A stretch of DNA of 62,939 nucleotides, counting the filler, from Asterionella formosa (lineage: Eukaryota), in the NCBI GenBank assembly GCA_002256025.1. It is 11 parts of 11 records of this genome, joined end to end, with 100 filler letters (N's around TTAATTAATTAA, not from the genome) between each part and the next. Parts side by side here need not be neighbours in the genome. Positions count along the whole stretch, not along the records: positions 11,503 to 17,152 come from NKIB01012976.1; positions 17,253 to 22,891 come from NKIB01012977.1; positions 22,992 to 28,620 come from NKIB01012979.1; 8 more parts are not named here. One strand, given 5' to 3'. This document shows, one piece after another, positions 12,168-24,750 of this stretch (its first letter is position 1; each line of letters starts with the position of its first letter). The notes below the pieces were generated by a model. It was not told the origin of the DNA, searched no databases, and worked only from the letters and a program-made list of their open reading frames with translations. The position numbers and the translations under genes were made by a program.

Positions 12168-13475
12168 GGCCTGGCTATTGATGGGCACATCTATGCCGAA
12201 ATCCATCGTGGCATGTATGGGCTGCCTCAAGCTGGTAAACTTGCCGATGATCAACTTGCTCAGTTCTCGCTCCCACATCATTACCTCCCCTGCCCAGTCA
12301 CGGGGCCTATGGATGGATACCGCCAGTGATCTCATGTTTACGCTTGTTGTTGATGATTTTGGTGTACGTTACACCAAACGTAGTGATGTGGACCGTCTCC
12401 TAACCACTTTACATACCAAATACCGACTCACAACTGATTGGACTGGCTCTCGTTACATTGGTCTTACACTGACGTGGGACTACAAACATCGCACCGTCGA
12501 CCTCACTATGCCTGGTTACATTGTTCATGCTCTACAACGATTCACGCACTCCACCCCAACACACCCACAACTTGCCCCCCATGCCTGGACTGCACCTAGT
12601 TATGGCGCTCGCCAGCAATTTGTTGTTTCTGATGTCACTCCTGTCCTTGACCTCCATGATAAAACACGTGTGCAAGAGATTCTTGGTACTTTATTGTATT
12701 ATGCCCGTGCTATTGACTGTACTATGTTGCCGGCCCTTGGTACATTGGCTACATAACAAGCAACCCCCACTGTGGCTACCTTGACTTCAATTACTCACCT
12801 TCTCAATTATTGTGCCACTCATCCTGAGGCCACACTTCGCTTTACTGCCAGTGACATGGTCCTCCATGTTGAAAGCGATGCTTCCTATCTCTCTGAAACA
12901 CGTGGTCACTCCTGCGCTGTTGGCATTCACTTTCTCAGCTGTAAACCCTTGTCTCCGAATTAGCCTCACTACGTCCATCCCTCCTCTTAACGGTGCTATT
13001 TACGTACACTGTCAAATTCTTAAGGAGGTTTTATCAAGTGCTGCTGAGGACGAATTAGCTGCTTTGTTCCACAATCATGGCAAAGAGGCATATGCTATTC
13101 GCAACATTCTTGTTGAGCTTGGTCATCCCCAACCTTCTACCCGTATTGTCACCGATAATAGCACTGCCAGTGGCATTGCCAATTAAACCGTCCGCCAAAA
13201 ACACTCCAAAGCTATGGATATACGTTATTACTGGGTACGCGATCTGGTTCGCCAAAGCCAATTTCTTGTATACTGGAAAAAAGGTAGTTTGAATCATGCT
13301 GATTATTTCACTAAACATCATCCCGCTTCCCATCATATGTTGATGCGCCCACACTATCTCCATTGCCCTCCATCCCTCCCTAGTCCTCCTAACTATTATG
13401 CGTGCTTGGCTTCCGATGCTGATATCATCTCCACCTCAGCTCCTGTTCTTCTGCTTGAATCTGTTGGTGAGGGTG
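12168..13475 (+). pseudogene. Ty1/copia RT and RNase H, degenerate
   Basis: YAEIHRGMYGLPQAG, FTLVVDDFGVRY, QEILGTLLYYARAID, VESDASYLSE, SSAAEDELAALF, TDNSTA, MDIRYYWVRD, NHADYFTKHH, with stops and frameshifts. PPT GGTGAGGGTG at 13466-13475. Confidence 0.92.
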
Positions 13476-13642
13476 TGCTAATATCTGCATATGATGCTCC
13501 ATACATGCGCCGTACGAACCATACCGGCGCAAAAACCAGATTAGGTACATGCATGAGTGCTAACAACGATGTACTCGAAACAGCAATAGAATAGTCATAA
13601 TATTGTAGTTCACCTTTATTCACGACAAGGTTCCCCTTAACA
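13476..13642 (+). mobile_element. 3' LTR (167 bp), same family as 10914-11080
   Basis: Follows the PPT; TG...CA termini; about 96% identical to 10914-11080. Confidence 0.92.
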
Positions 13643-15594
13643 GTTAGTTCCGCTGGTGATTAAGGGGATTGTCACATGGTTAGTTATAATTGAAACGGGT
13701 GGGTTTCTTTCAAATGGGTTGTCCTGAACTGTGACACCAGCATATCGCAACTGATTTGGGTTGATCAATGAGTGTGTGACTTTATCACCATACCATAGAC
13801 CTTCATGAATGACCAGAATATAAACTTGGCCATCTTGCTGATCCATGTAAGATGTTGCTGCAGTTACAATGGTATGTCACGCTCAGGGTTATATGCTTTG
13901 GAGTTTTTTTGGGCCACATCACATACCTGACCAGTGTAGTGGAGCAGTACGAAATTTGATCAAAGTGCGCATGTGTCTGCATGGGAATCAAGTTCACGAC
14001 GAGCTGTCTGTATATAAGTGTGATGAAGAGACAAGATAGTTCGATGAATAGTATGTGTGGCCCGTCTCGTTGTTAATTGATATGCTGCCAACACACAAGA
14101 CAGAGCCGCAAGTCATTCTTTTTTCCTTTGTTTTGCGCTTTCCTTCCCTCCAAATGCTTTTCCTGCTTGATTAGCATTTGACTTCTTTGGTGTATCCTCT
14201 GCACCATTGTCTTCATTTGCCTTCTGAATTTAACTAATGGTTGCCGTTGTTAGCTGCTTTGTAGTCAAGTCAGATATGGTTCACTTGCTTCCACCTTGTT
14301 CTCCCTTCCTGTCGCGTTCTTTGCGAATTTTGTCACGCTCATCAAAAGATAGCTTCTCCCATTCCGCTGTAGAATGATATCCAGTACTGGTTTTCTCTTG
14401 ACTACTGCATCCGCCTCACCCGTTTTGTCCTTGTCCATTTCCTCTTCCTCCTCGTCCACTGTTTCGCCCGCCACGACCACCACCATGACCACCAGTAGTA
14501 AGTGCACTAATTTTTCAAGACAATTGATAATCCGGGGCCTGAGAAATCTCGGAGTCTAAATGGTTAGCAGCAAGAGTAAAAGTTTTCCCATCTGTATTCA
14601 ACTGATACCTTAGTTGTGCCACTGCTGCCGCTAATGCAGAGTTCTGCACTTTGGTAAGAAGCTCATCGACTTTGGCTCTCTCAGTTAATGGTTCATTTTC
14701 TTCCTCAAAAATGGTAAACATCCGCTGTAACGAATCTAGGAACTTGTTGAACGGTAAGGCTCGTTCAATTTAGTAGTGCAAGGTATTTTGGATCCGCTTT
14801 GCATCAGCTATTCTCCTAGTGGAGTTTCCTTCACCAGCATACTAGTGACGACGCAAAGCAATCATGTCACACCTGCCATCTTGGTACTTGGCAATGTTGC
14901 GTATCCAGTTCTCAGTGTTTTGTCCTTGCAAGAACCCCCTCAAGAACCCAATAATAAGATTGTGCACTCGCCTTGTATCGGCTATGTAATACTGCCCATT
15001 AAGCAATGCTCGATTAATCATCCTTTCAATGAATGTAGCATATTCTGTTCCTGGGGTGGGGTTCTCTATCTCTCGCACAATATATGACAATGGTATGCCA
15101 TTTACCCCAGGGACGACCGATAGGTAGTTAATGAACGCCTTCTCCAAGTCAGGCCATTTACGTTCATCCTTGAATTTTCCTGGATCAGCTGACTTTGAGT
15201 TGGTGGTAACCAATTCAATGTCGGATTTACGAATTTGAGCCAAACTGAGGACTGCATACATCATTTCTTCATCAAAATTTTCATGGTTTGGAATATCGCT
15301 TGCTCTATGACAGTCCTGTACCCAATGCATAACACCAGTCAGCTTCTTAGTGCGTCCTAGTCCAAAGACAATCTGTCCATTTGCCTGGGTACGCTTGCCA
15401 AACTCATCCGCCATATCACAGATATCCTTCTCCACAAGGTAACGGAAATCTTCGAATTGGCCTAACCCTGCCTGCATGATGCCGGCCCTTTCGGCTTCTG
15501 ATTCAAATCCAATCACCTGGAGTACTTTGTCAACGTCTATCAACATCATTGGTGAACCTTCATTCACAATCGGAGCAACTGCCACTTCGGCCAT
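13643..15594 (-). pseudogene. CoDi-like copia gag and protease, cut off by the adjacent element's LTR
   Basis: Gag ORF 14842-15594 (DPGKFKDERKWPD..GVNGIPLSYIVRE), continuing in broken frames. Protease ELDSHADT and HEGLWYGDKVTHSLINPNQLR..VQDNPF; ends abruptly at 13643. Confidence 0.88.
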
Positions 15595-15634
15595 CTTGTA
15601 GTTCTGTTCTGTTCTATTCTGTATATGAATATAA

Positions 15635-16042
15635 TGTTAGTACGTGAGGGGCTTCACGTTTCGCTAATGCCTGATGCGATGATCAGTCTCTCCTTGGCCA
15701 CTCGCTGCGCTAGGGATTGAGAAGGATTCCCTTCCTCTATCCGGTTGTCATGCTGTGCTTCCAGAGCCCACATCCAGCCGTTGCTGGTGTATCTGGAAAT
15801 ATCGACACTTTGACAACATCGCATTCAATATTCGATTCCTTTTTTTTCTTTCGCTTGCTTTATCCTTTTTCCGCTAGCATCGCTCTCGCTTTTTACAATA
15901 GGTCTTATAAACTAAATCATAATCGCTGTGTGAAGTCCGACATAGTGACTTACTTAGGTAAAGATGTATTAAAAGGATTAATTGTAAAAAGAGTGAGCAA
16001 GATCGAGCACTCACTTCTTGCTTTCGCTATCGCTAACTAACA
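15635..16042 (-). mobile_element. 5' LTR (~408 bp) of the minus-strand copia element
   Basis: Perfect 7-bp terminal inverted repeat TGTTAGT...ACTAACA, 40 bp upstream of the gag ATG. Confidence 0.75.
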
Positions 16043-17799
16043 GACACTTCCACTCTATCGCCAATGTCTGCGTGATATAACGACTAGTCACTGCTGTACC
16101 GTACTGCTACGTATCGCTAAGTACTTTGCGCCAACCTTAATTGATCACTTGTCCAATTCTTTGTTACCATCAATAGAGCAACAAGTGGGTGCGTCTCTTC
16201 ATTGCTGTTTGCTCCTGGAAAAGTTGGTGGTGTCCATGTCATACTCATAAATAGAGGGACAAGTGTCTTTCATCATTGCGGTTTGCCGCAGAAAAAATTG
16301 GTACCCGTGGTATCGTCATTTGCTCATTGGAACCACTGTCCGTTGCCTCCAACCTGATGAGCATGTGTGTATGTGCACTGTCAACTTGTTTACATTTCAG
16401 GAGTGACTTAGCTATTAAAGTGCGTGTTATAATATCACACTCCTTAGTACAATGCAGAATACTACAGTTCCCAATCATCTCATCATGATTCATAAGATGA
16501 TAATGTGATATCACGATAGGTTTACATTGATGCATACATCACCAAAGTATGATACGTAATATTGAATAAAGTATATCACATCGCTATGATGCATTGATCA
16601 TAGAAATGTGATGATTTCTTAAAATGTTTATGATATAATTTTGATCAAAATATGATCATGTTAAAATAATACAATGACAATAAAATGCGATAAAATATGT
16701 ATGCAAATGTTATTGATACATCACAGAAAACAAATAATTCAATCATAATGTATGTTACTTAATATATATATTCGACTTTTAATGTATACAGTAAAAGCCA
16801 AAAGTTAATATGATAGTATTATATGGTGGATAGGATCTAAGTACCCTATATAGTTGCGTTGATATGTACATCACTATAATATGATTTTTGATATGGATTG
16901 ATGCATATCACATACCAGTATCCTCAACTACTGGCCATCACGTTCATTGTTGTGTCAATTTTTCCTTGTTATAGCTGTATCTATGCCAGCATGTGTATTG
17001 TGTAAACACAACACTGGGGGAATGTGCATATTACACTGCTGTGCTCTGTTCAATAATTACTACACTCAGTTACCATCACACCAGCTGCACCTCCACAAGA
17101 GCCGCAAAAAGCTTGCTCTGTGTTTCCCTTCCACTGTTTTACATCATAGTCTNNNNNNNNNNNNNNNNNNNNNNNNNNNNNNNNNNNNNNNNNNNNTTAA
17201 TTAATTAANNNNNNNNNNNNNNNNNNNNNNNNNNNNNNNNNNNNNNNNNNNNCGAACTACCTTGTTAATGATTTCCCGTTCCATTCGGGATCGATGGCCA
17301 TCTTGAAGCTGTTGAAATAGTCCCATTGGGTCACTATTCTATCCCTATATTTATATGAAGAACTAGATATATTGCTGGTTGATGCTATAATTCGTTCAAG
17401 GCAAGGAACATTAAGTCTACAGATAGTGGTATTTGAGATAACTACCGGAATAAGATGATGTTGGTAATCAAATGACACCATATATCTATTACGCACACAC
17501 TGCTTAATCTGTTGATACTTTTACCGTGTTACCAGTAGACCTCAAGTTGAAACAGAACAGTCAAATGAATTTTGTTTGTATCTCCAAAATCTGCCCAGTC
17601 ATGAACTTTTTGAGGTTATCATGAACATGAATGAATCTTAAATCATATAGGAATCAATATTTTAAGTCTTGTCATGACCATGAGTCAATTTTCTCATCTA
17701 TGGCTTAATTTTTGTTTGTTTGTTTTGCTAAAAGTTGATTCTATAATCTCACTTTATTTGGAAATAGTACCAGTAGATTGATTTTTTCAACTACAAACA

Positions 17800-18990
17800 A
17801 TGGCTGCAAATCATACTGTGATTGCCATATTTACAAGCAATTATCATGGAGAACCCATCATTGACTCCAACATATACTGGAGTCAACAGCTCCATGATCT
17901 GACTGATCTTGGTTTGGAAATGCTGTTGGAGACTAACACCAGCAGATTGCCTGGATTCCGGCTACCAACAGATCGGGCAACACTTACATGTGTCAATCGA
18001 GAAAACGTAGTTGCTAGAGCCATAGTACGACACATTAATGCTGGGAATATTTACTTCTATTGATACAATGATAAATCACAATCATGGGGGATGCCAATTG
18101 AGGAGGAGGATGCAATTGTGCATGCCATTATTCCTCTTACTTTTAAAACTATGGAAGGGAGTGAAGCACATGTGAAGTAATGGAAAGATTACATTAAAAC
18201 TCATCAGGATATTGGCCTGATCACCGTGTTCTGGTTTCATAGAACACCAGCTCATGACAGGACCTTACCAGAGTATGCCAGAAATCACGTTTTAAGGATT
18301 TATGGTTTTTCGAAAATCGCCATGTTCCTTACTCTTGTCGTGCAGATCATGGTTCCGACTCTGGTGGTTATCAATGCTTGGGATGATTATGATCCTCTTT
18401 TCAATAATGGATTTTGTCTCAACCAAACCCTAATGGCAGAAGCAAGCACTATAGATAAAACACTCGCTTGTGCCGTGGCTGTCATTTTCTTCTCGAACAT
18501 GGTTTCGCTGTTCTTGCACCATCTCCAAGATAGAAAAGAAAAAGGCAACTGCCCACTGTACTCAACTGAAGATGGTGGAATCCTTCAGATCACTGTGATG
18601 CTTGACCAACAGATGTACTACACATATGAGCCTTTTGCTTGCTTACCAGGTCACTCTTTTCTGTATTTTCCTTCTGCAGGACACTTACAACATTATTTTT
18701 AGTGCTACAGCATTGTAATTTATATTTCTACTGGACAATGTGTTAAAAGAATGGTACATCCAAGCATTCCCACCAGCTATTGAAGTTTACATGGCTTTGA
18801 ATAATGAAGATCCTCCTCCATATACAACACAGGTACTCCGAAAAAGGCCAGTAAGCACAAAATGACATAAATTTTTCTCCTTCTTTGATGAATATTCCTT
18901 TCTTTTAATTTTTGTGTGATTATTGCTCTGTTAACTATTGTTTTCATTCCAATATGCAAGCCCAAATTTGACTTGTTTTGTGATTGGGTA
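17800..18990 (+). pseudogene. Decayed multi-pass membrane protein gene
   Basis: Successive ORF pieces (17800-18063, 18226-18702) with hydrophobic helices, separated by stops. A diverged copy of the 5' part lies at ~20836-21094. Confidence 0.5.
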
Positions 18991-19684
18991 AGCCGTCCTT
19001 GGCATTATTTGCGATGAATATGTTCTCAATAAGCCTAGCATAAAGATACATGCATTATTGTTGATATGGTTGCTATTCGTGGTTTCCATTATATTGAGGA
19101 AGTAAAGCAAGTGGCTACCGGTAACTCGTCAAGTGAATGCTCCTGTTGTACATATGAAGACTCCTATATTGATCATTTGTTCAACATTTTATGAAACCAG
19201 GGAATTCTTAATGGGTCAGCTTTCTAAGTTGCTTACTTTCCCAGGATATGGCACAGCTAACCAGTACAATCTTGACCTGGATGATGAAGAAGACTGCACA
19301 CTTCCTTGCTGTTTCACTGCTACTACGAAAATAGAACCAATTCATTCCTTTCCTAATTTTATTCTCTGCACCATTGCGCCACCAATCAGTTGTTGGTTGA
19401 AACAGTGACAGAATGGTAAGTAAAAGGAGACAGAATGTAAATGAATTTTTTCCTACTGTTTACATGCAAAGTAGGTAATAAACAGAACGAAAACCCATTT
19501 TATAGAGATGTGCTACTTCCCCCTTTGATGGGGGAGTGAGGAGGACAGTATTCCATGTGATATTTCAAGCCTGTTTTCGAAGGGAACCCAAACCAACCAA
19601 GTAGTAACTGTTGTAGTAAACCAAATGTACCGAGTTCGGATGCATCCACAACCCACCAGCATGAAATAGTTAGTTGCTTCAAGG

Positions 19685-19835
19685 TGGCTGTAGTAGTGTT
19701 TTCAGGCTCAATTATACTTATACTTTTGCCTGCTGGGTCCTAAAGGTGTAGTAGTCTTTTCAGGCACAAACTTATACTTTGCTTGGGTTCTAAAGGTGTC
19801 GTAATCTTTTCAGGCACAAACTTATACTTTTGCCG
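19685..19835. repeat. ~46-bp imperfect tandem repeat (about 3 copies)
   Basis: aaggtgtagtagtctttt-caggcacaaacttatactttgc recurs three times. Confidence 0.7.
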
Positions 19836-20835
19836 GATTCCACAACATGATGGACAACTCCAACAATCCGGATTATTTAGAATCTTTCTAAACTCATCTG
19901 CTTCGATTTCATAACCACATCTCTGGTTGTTAGACATTGCAGGTATGTAGAACATTGGTCATTGAGATTATGAAAGAGATCAACAGAAAGGACAAGATAT
20001 GCATTAGTGACAGCAGACAAAGCGATTGTAGGAAACTCGCTTTACTTCATGTGACGAACCTCGTCGTCACGCCGCATACTCATGCACTTGTACATGTCAG
20101 GTCCCGTCGCCTCCCGTTTAAATAATCTAAAATTTTCCATTCTTGAGTTCTTGCTTTGACAAGAAGAACGAAGAAATTGTGAAATTTTGTCGATGATGAA
20201 CAAAGAAATCCATCACAAAAAGAAAACGAGGAAGAAGATAATGAAAAGACATGAAATTGAAAGTACGACTGGTAAAACTGCAAGTACGGTGGGGTAAACG
20301 CACAGTACCGGTAGATCCAATGCATCATGTACCGAACTCAATCTAAGCAAGTACCGGTACAGTACCTGGTACAAACCATCAGAATCCGTCGTCCGTTTTA
20401 CAGAATACAAAAGTATTGAATGCAGCGAGTCATTATTAGGTTTTCCCGAACGTAAAATTCCAAGAAGTGAAAAGGAAGTTTAACACTGTCTATAGCCTTG
20501 TACCAACATTTGTCTGTAGGACGAGAAAATATTCTCAATCTTTTTCTGAAATCAAGGTGCGGAATAACCTAAAATGAACCTCAGGGGCAGTTAATTTGTT
20601 AACCTAAAATTCCCCATCTCTAACTAAATTCGATCCCACTTTCAGTCCCATAAGTCATTTCACGACTTGATTCATTAGACTCCCAACGTCACCTGGAGTC
20701 TTTATAACCTCCAACATACTCCCCCCCTATTTGCATTATAACTTCAATTTTACTCTTATTTAGCAAATACCGTTCCTTCATCGTTCACCTCCTTTTCGCC
20801 AAGAGCAAGACACCCCCAGGCTTTTTGTACTCTTT

Positions 20836-21094
20836 TCAACTACTAACAATGGCTGCGATTGCCCTTTTCACGAAAGATGGAGAAATAATGATGCACCCAC
20901 CATCATTGACTCCAACATATACTGGAGTAGAAAGCTCCGTGATTTGACTGATCTTGTTGGTTTGGAAACTTTGGAGACTAACAGCAGCAAATTGCCTAGA
21001 TTTCCGCTACCAACAGGCAGATTGGGCGACACTTACATATGACAAACGAGATAAGAGAGTTGCTACAGCCATAGTGCAAGAAATTAATGCTGGG
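20836..21094 (+). pseudogene. Truncated paralogous copy of 17787-18046
   Basis: Shared blocks caactac-aacaatggctgc, ccatcattgactccaacatatactggagt, ttggagactaaca, acacttacat, attaatgctggg. Confidence 0.75.
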
Positions 21095-22688
21095 GGTACT
21101 AGGTACTAGGTACTATATGGCTGATGGGTGCATGATGATCAAAGAACATGTACCAGTAGTATAGATCCTGTTGGCCTCGCACAAACTCAATTGTCCGTTT
21201 TGATCACGTGTTCCGCCGTTGTTTGTCATTACGCATAAAACCAATGTATATATTGATGACTTCTCTTTGAAGATATATTGTTGTTGATCATATTTGTTGA
21301 TTTGTATAGTCGTTGGTGACCATGATGTCAATATTGCCACAAAGCAATGCTTTTTTTAAATAATGCGCCTTTGCTACATTTCTACTATGAGTTTGTATCA
21401 CAAGCTACGTTAAAATATTCAGCTAGAGGGAGTCAATAGCGCTGGAGCTTCCTGGCAATCTCGATCAATCAGAACAGGCTGTTTGATGGGAGGAACGACT
21501 GTGGGCGGAAGGACTGCAAGCAACTTGGGTCACTACAGCGATGTTCATTGTTGTAGCAACCAGATCATCTACGCTAGGCTACATCACGATGCAGATTTCA
21601 ATTGGGCTGAGCCTTTTTCTTCTTTCCTGTTTCATTTTGCTCATCGATGGTGTGATGGAATTTTGCCTGTGTAAGTGCTACAATGCATATGTCTTGACTG
21701 AAACTACTATTTTTTACTGTATTTCTAACCCAAGACTATATTTTCTATTTTTCATTTGACACTACTTATTACATTGCATGTCATACTTTGGTTGCTCAAA
21801 ACATTCTTATGTGTGTGTTTCTTGTGTTACTATTTCTATATATATTACCGTTATTCTGGCTGCCATGCGAAAATCGGCAATTTTAATGCCGAAAAATTCT
21901 ATGTGCCCCATATCGCCCCTAAATAAAAATTACTTAAGAAATTACTTATAGCCTAAAAAATACTTTAAAAAAACCCGAATGGCAAAACGATAGCTGGAAC
22001 TGGAATTGCTGTAGGAGTAGGAGTCTAAAGCATCGAACTCTTTTATTTGCAGCATACGGGTAGTATGATATTACATTTTAAACACATCAGTTGGAATTAG
22101 GATGGTGTCTAATGTAGTAGTAATCGTTTCTCCGGATGAAGAAGTGGACTGGTACCAGGTGCTAGGTACTCTGTTGAGTTCACGGTTTCAGTTCAAAATG
22201 ATACTGAAGTACCGGTACCGGTATTCTGCTACGAAATAATAATGTCCTCCGTACATCGCAAAATGTCCCCATCACCACAGCAGTGACCTTTCTGGCAAAC
22301 TTGTATGCAGTAGGCCAGTTTTCCACCAGCAGTGAAGAAACGGCAATGGTACACCCTTAGTTGTGTATTCCCACTTTGATGATATCGGGACACTATTCAT
22401 ATGACCTTTTTATTGCAATACGCGCAGCAGGCGGGCTTCAGCAAATAAGACGCGTGGACCACAAGGTTTTCCTCGTCGGTACCTATTTCAAAAAAACTCA
22501 ATGAAGTGTGCTTTACGTACATTCCAATAGATGTAAACGAATGATTTGTAATATATACCGGTAGTCTATATTTGAATTGGTTACACTAAAAAACGTTTGT
22601 ACAGACGAGCAACAGCATAGTGTTGTCACGTCATTCGAGTGTTTACACGAATCGACTTGAATCGAGAGTAACAATTGTTCCCTCCAAA

Positions 22689-22891
22689 TCATGGTTGTTG
22701 TACCATTGCCAACTCCTTGGCCGAGAGGATACGAGAGTGTCGTACAATCTTTTCCTCTGCTTCTGCAACATCAATAAAGTGCCCCCATGTATCGGATGGA
22801 TCGTCGACTGTTTGTGAAAGGTACATCGACTTTCGTTTCGAAGGTGTATGGTCGGATTTTTCACTGTTTGAGAGTAAATCCAATTGGCGAC
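22689..22891 (-). CDS. 3' end of a hypothetical protein (DTWGHFIDV motif), 5' truncated
   Basis: Open to the contig edge. The WG-x-F-x-D motif resembles C-termini of small diatom hypothetical proteins (recollection, not a search). Confidence 0.5.
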
Positions 22892-22991
22892 NNNNNNNNN
22901 NNNNNNNNNNNNNNNNNNNNNNNNNNNNNNNNNNNTTAATTAATTAANNNNNNNNNNNNNNNNNNNNNNNNNNNNNNNNNNNNNNNNNNNN

Positions 22992-23326
22992 TGCTGTTGA
23001 TTTTGTTGGCTTGGAAAGGGCGGAGGCGGTGGCTCTCTCGGAGGAGGAGGACCTTGATGATATGATTGACCCTGATTTCCGTAACCCTGCTGAGGTAGTG
23101 TTGGTGGAGGTCCCGCCCCGTAATTTGGAAAATCTGGCGGATAGCCTGTCGATTGTTGCTTTTGCTGACTTTGTGGGATTTGTGACGAGGGATATGCGTC
23201 GCTAGGCAGCGGAGGGATTTCACCACTGGAGCCGCCTCGGCATTGAAGCGCTATTCGTCGGGGGAAAACAGAGCGTTCCGCTCGTATCAGGCAGGACGGA
23301 ATTATTAGCCATTGTTTAATCTTCAT
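22992..23326 (-). CDS. 5' end of a Pro/Gln-rich protein with a possible signal peptide, truncated
   Basis: MKIKQWLIIPSCLIRA..LQCRGG followed by PPP/QQ low-complexity sequence; open to the contig edge. Confidence 0.65.
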
Positions 23327-23657
23327 ACTTGGTCTGTATTTCTCTCTCGCCGAATCTATTCAAATTGGAAATGCAGTGTCCAGTCTGATCCCTCGTTTCC
23401 AACTGCTGAGTGCTGTCGTTTTGTATGTCCACCTACGGATGATTATTCGCGACAGTAACTGTAAGTAGAGTGATCAATGATGAGAAAGCCAAGGCGAAAC
23501 ACATCAGCTAATAGCAATACGTACGGTATAATTATCACAAGATGGAACGGCATGGATACTATTAGAATATCAAAATATGATATCGGTAGTCTAATATACT
23601 TCGCACGTTCTTGCTTATTTATTAAGCACGACAGCAAATCCAACCAAGCACCAATTT

Positions 23658-23900
23658 TGGTACCTGGATCCTGGTACCAGGTACTCCCTGGTACCAAGGG
23701 ACTGCAGGTAGTTTACCGGCGGTATAGTAATACTATGTCCTGGTGCCAGGTACCAAGTAACGCTAGGTAGACCACTACGGTACTGGTGGAACCTGGTATC
23801 TTTGCTCTTACCTTATGCTTACTGGTACCAGGGGGTACCTGGTACTACGTTTCGGACAGAGGAGGTCCAGTACCGCACGCTTGTTCGTACCGGTACTCTA
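23658..23900. repeat. GGTACC/CCWGG palindromic oligomer array
   Basis: tggtacctggatcctggtaccaggtactccctggtacc...actggtaccagggggtacctggtac. Confidence 0.85.
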
Positions 23901-24099
23901 GTATAACAGTGTGTAGGAGTCTACCGTTATTTCGTCTTCTTATGATACCGCAAGGCCGAGCGATTGAATTGCCGACGCGTGGAGAATAATCGCTTGGCTG
24001 TCTGCCTGTTCCTCTTTTTACTAGGTACCTCATAGTACTGCAAGTTGCAGTAATTGCTTCTTGCTTCGTGTAAACATTCCCAAAACATAGAGATACTCA

Positions 24100-24400
24100 A
24101 GGTTGCGGCCCCGCGGTTGCACATCGCGAGGTCTTTTCATCCAAAATATTTTTATGATGACCTTCATTCTATACAGTATGTACAACTAAATAAAATAGTT
24201 AAAGGAAAAATTAGCTTTCACCAATACTACCACTTTGCATATGCTTAGATACAGTCATTGCTTGACTTAAGGGCATGATCTATATTCAGATATGGTAAGG
24301 ACCTCATTTCTGGAGAGAAGTGGCAGTTTTCCCCCCAGGAATTGTAACTACCCCAAAAAGGGGCTACAAAGCTTAAAAAATCTATTGGGGATAACTGCCA
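24100..24400 (+). mobile_element. Left end of a Harbinger-like MITE
   Basis: TCA|AGGTTGCGGCCCCGC; colinear with 57710-57972. Confidence 0.75.
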
Positions 24401-24750
24401 CTTCTCTGCAGAAGTTAACTCCTGACGTTTTAGGGTACACAGCAATCTTTATCATTCTTCATGAAACCACGCAGATGTAGAGCAATCATCCTCCAAAAAG
24501 TCGACCCAATCGGCTTTTTCAACAGTCGCCAAAATATTGGAATCAGAATTTGTACGTGCAAACATGACCTATGGTACAGTATGTACCACGCTAGATATAC
24601 TACCGGTATATCATTAGATGGTATAGCTAAGTCCTATATAACGTTAACCTTATAGGCACTTCTATACAGACCATATACTTGTTTACTCTCACCACTGTAG
24701 AGATTGACAAAAATGCACTCCGTCTATGTATAGTACCACGTCAACCAAAA

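Noticed and set aside
10914..13642. A single full-length copia element bounded by the two 167-bp LTRs
   Set aside because: The LTRs are on different contigs separated by an artificial spacer, the flanks differ (AGAGT vs GTTAG), and an opposite-strand pol fragment lies between them.
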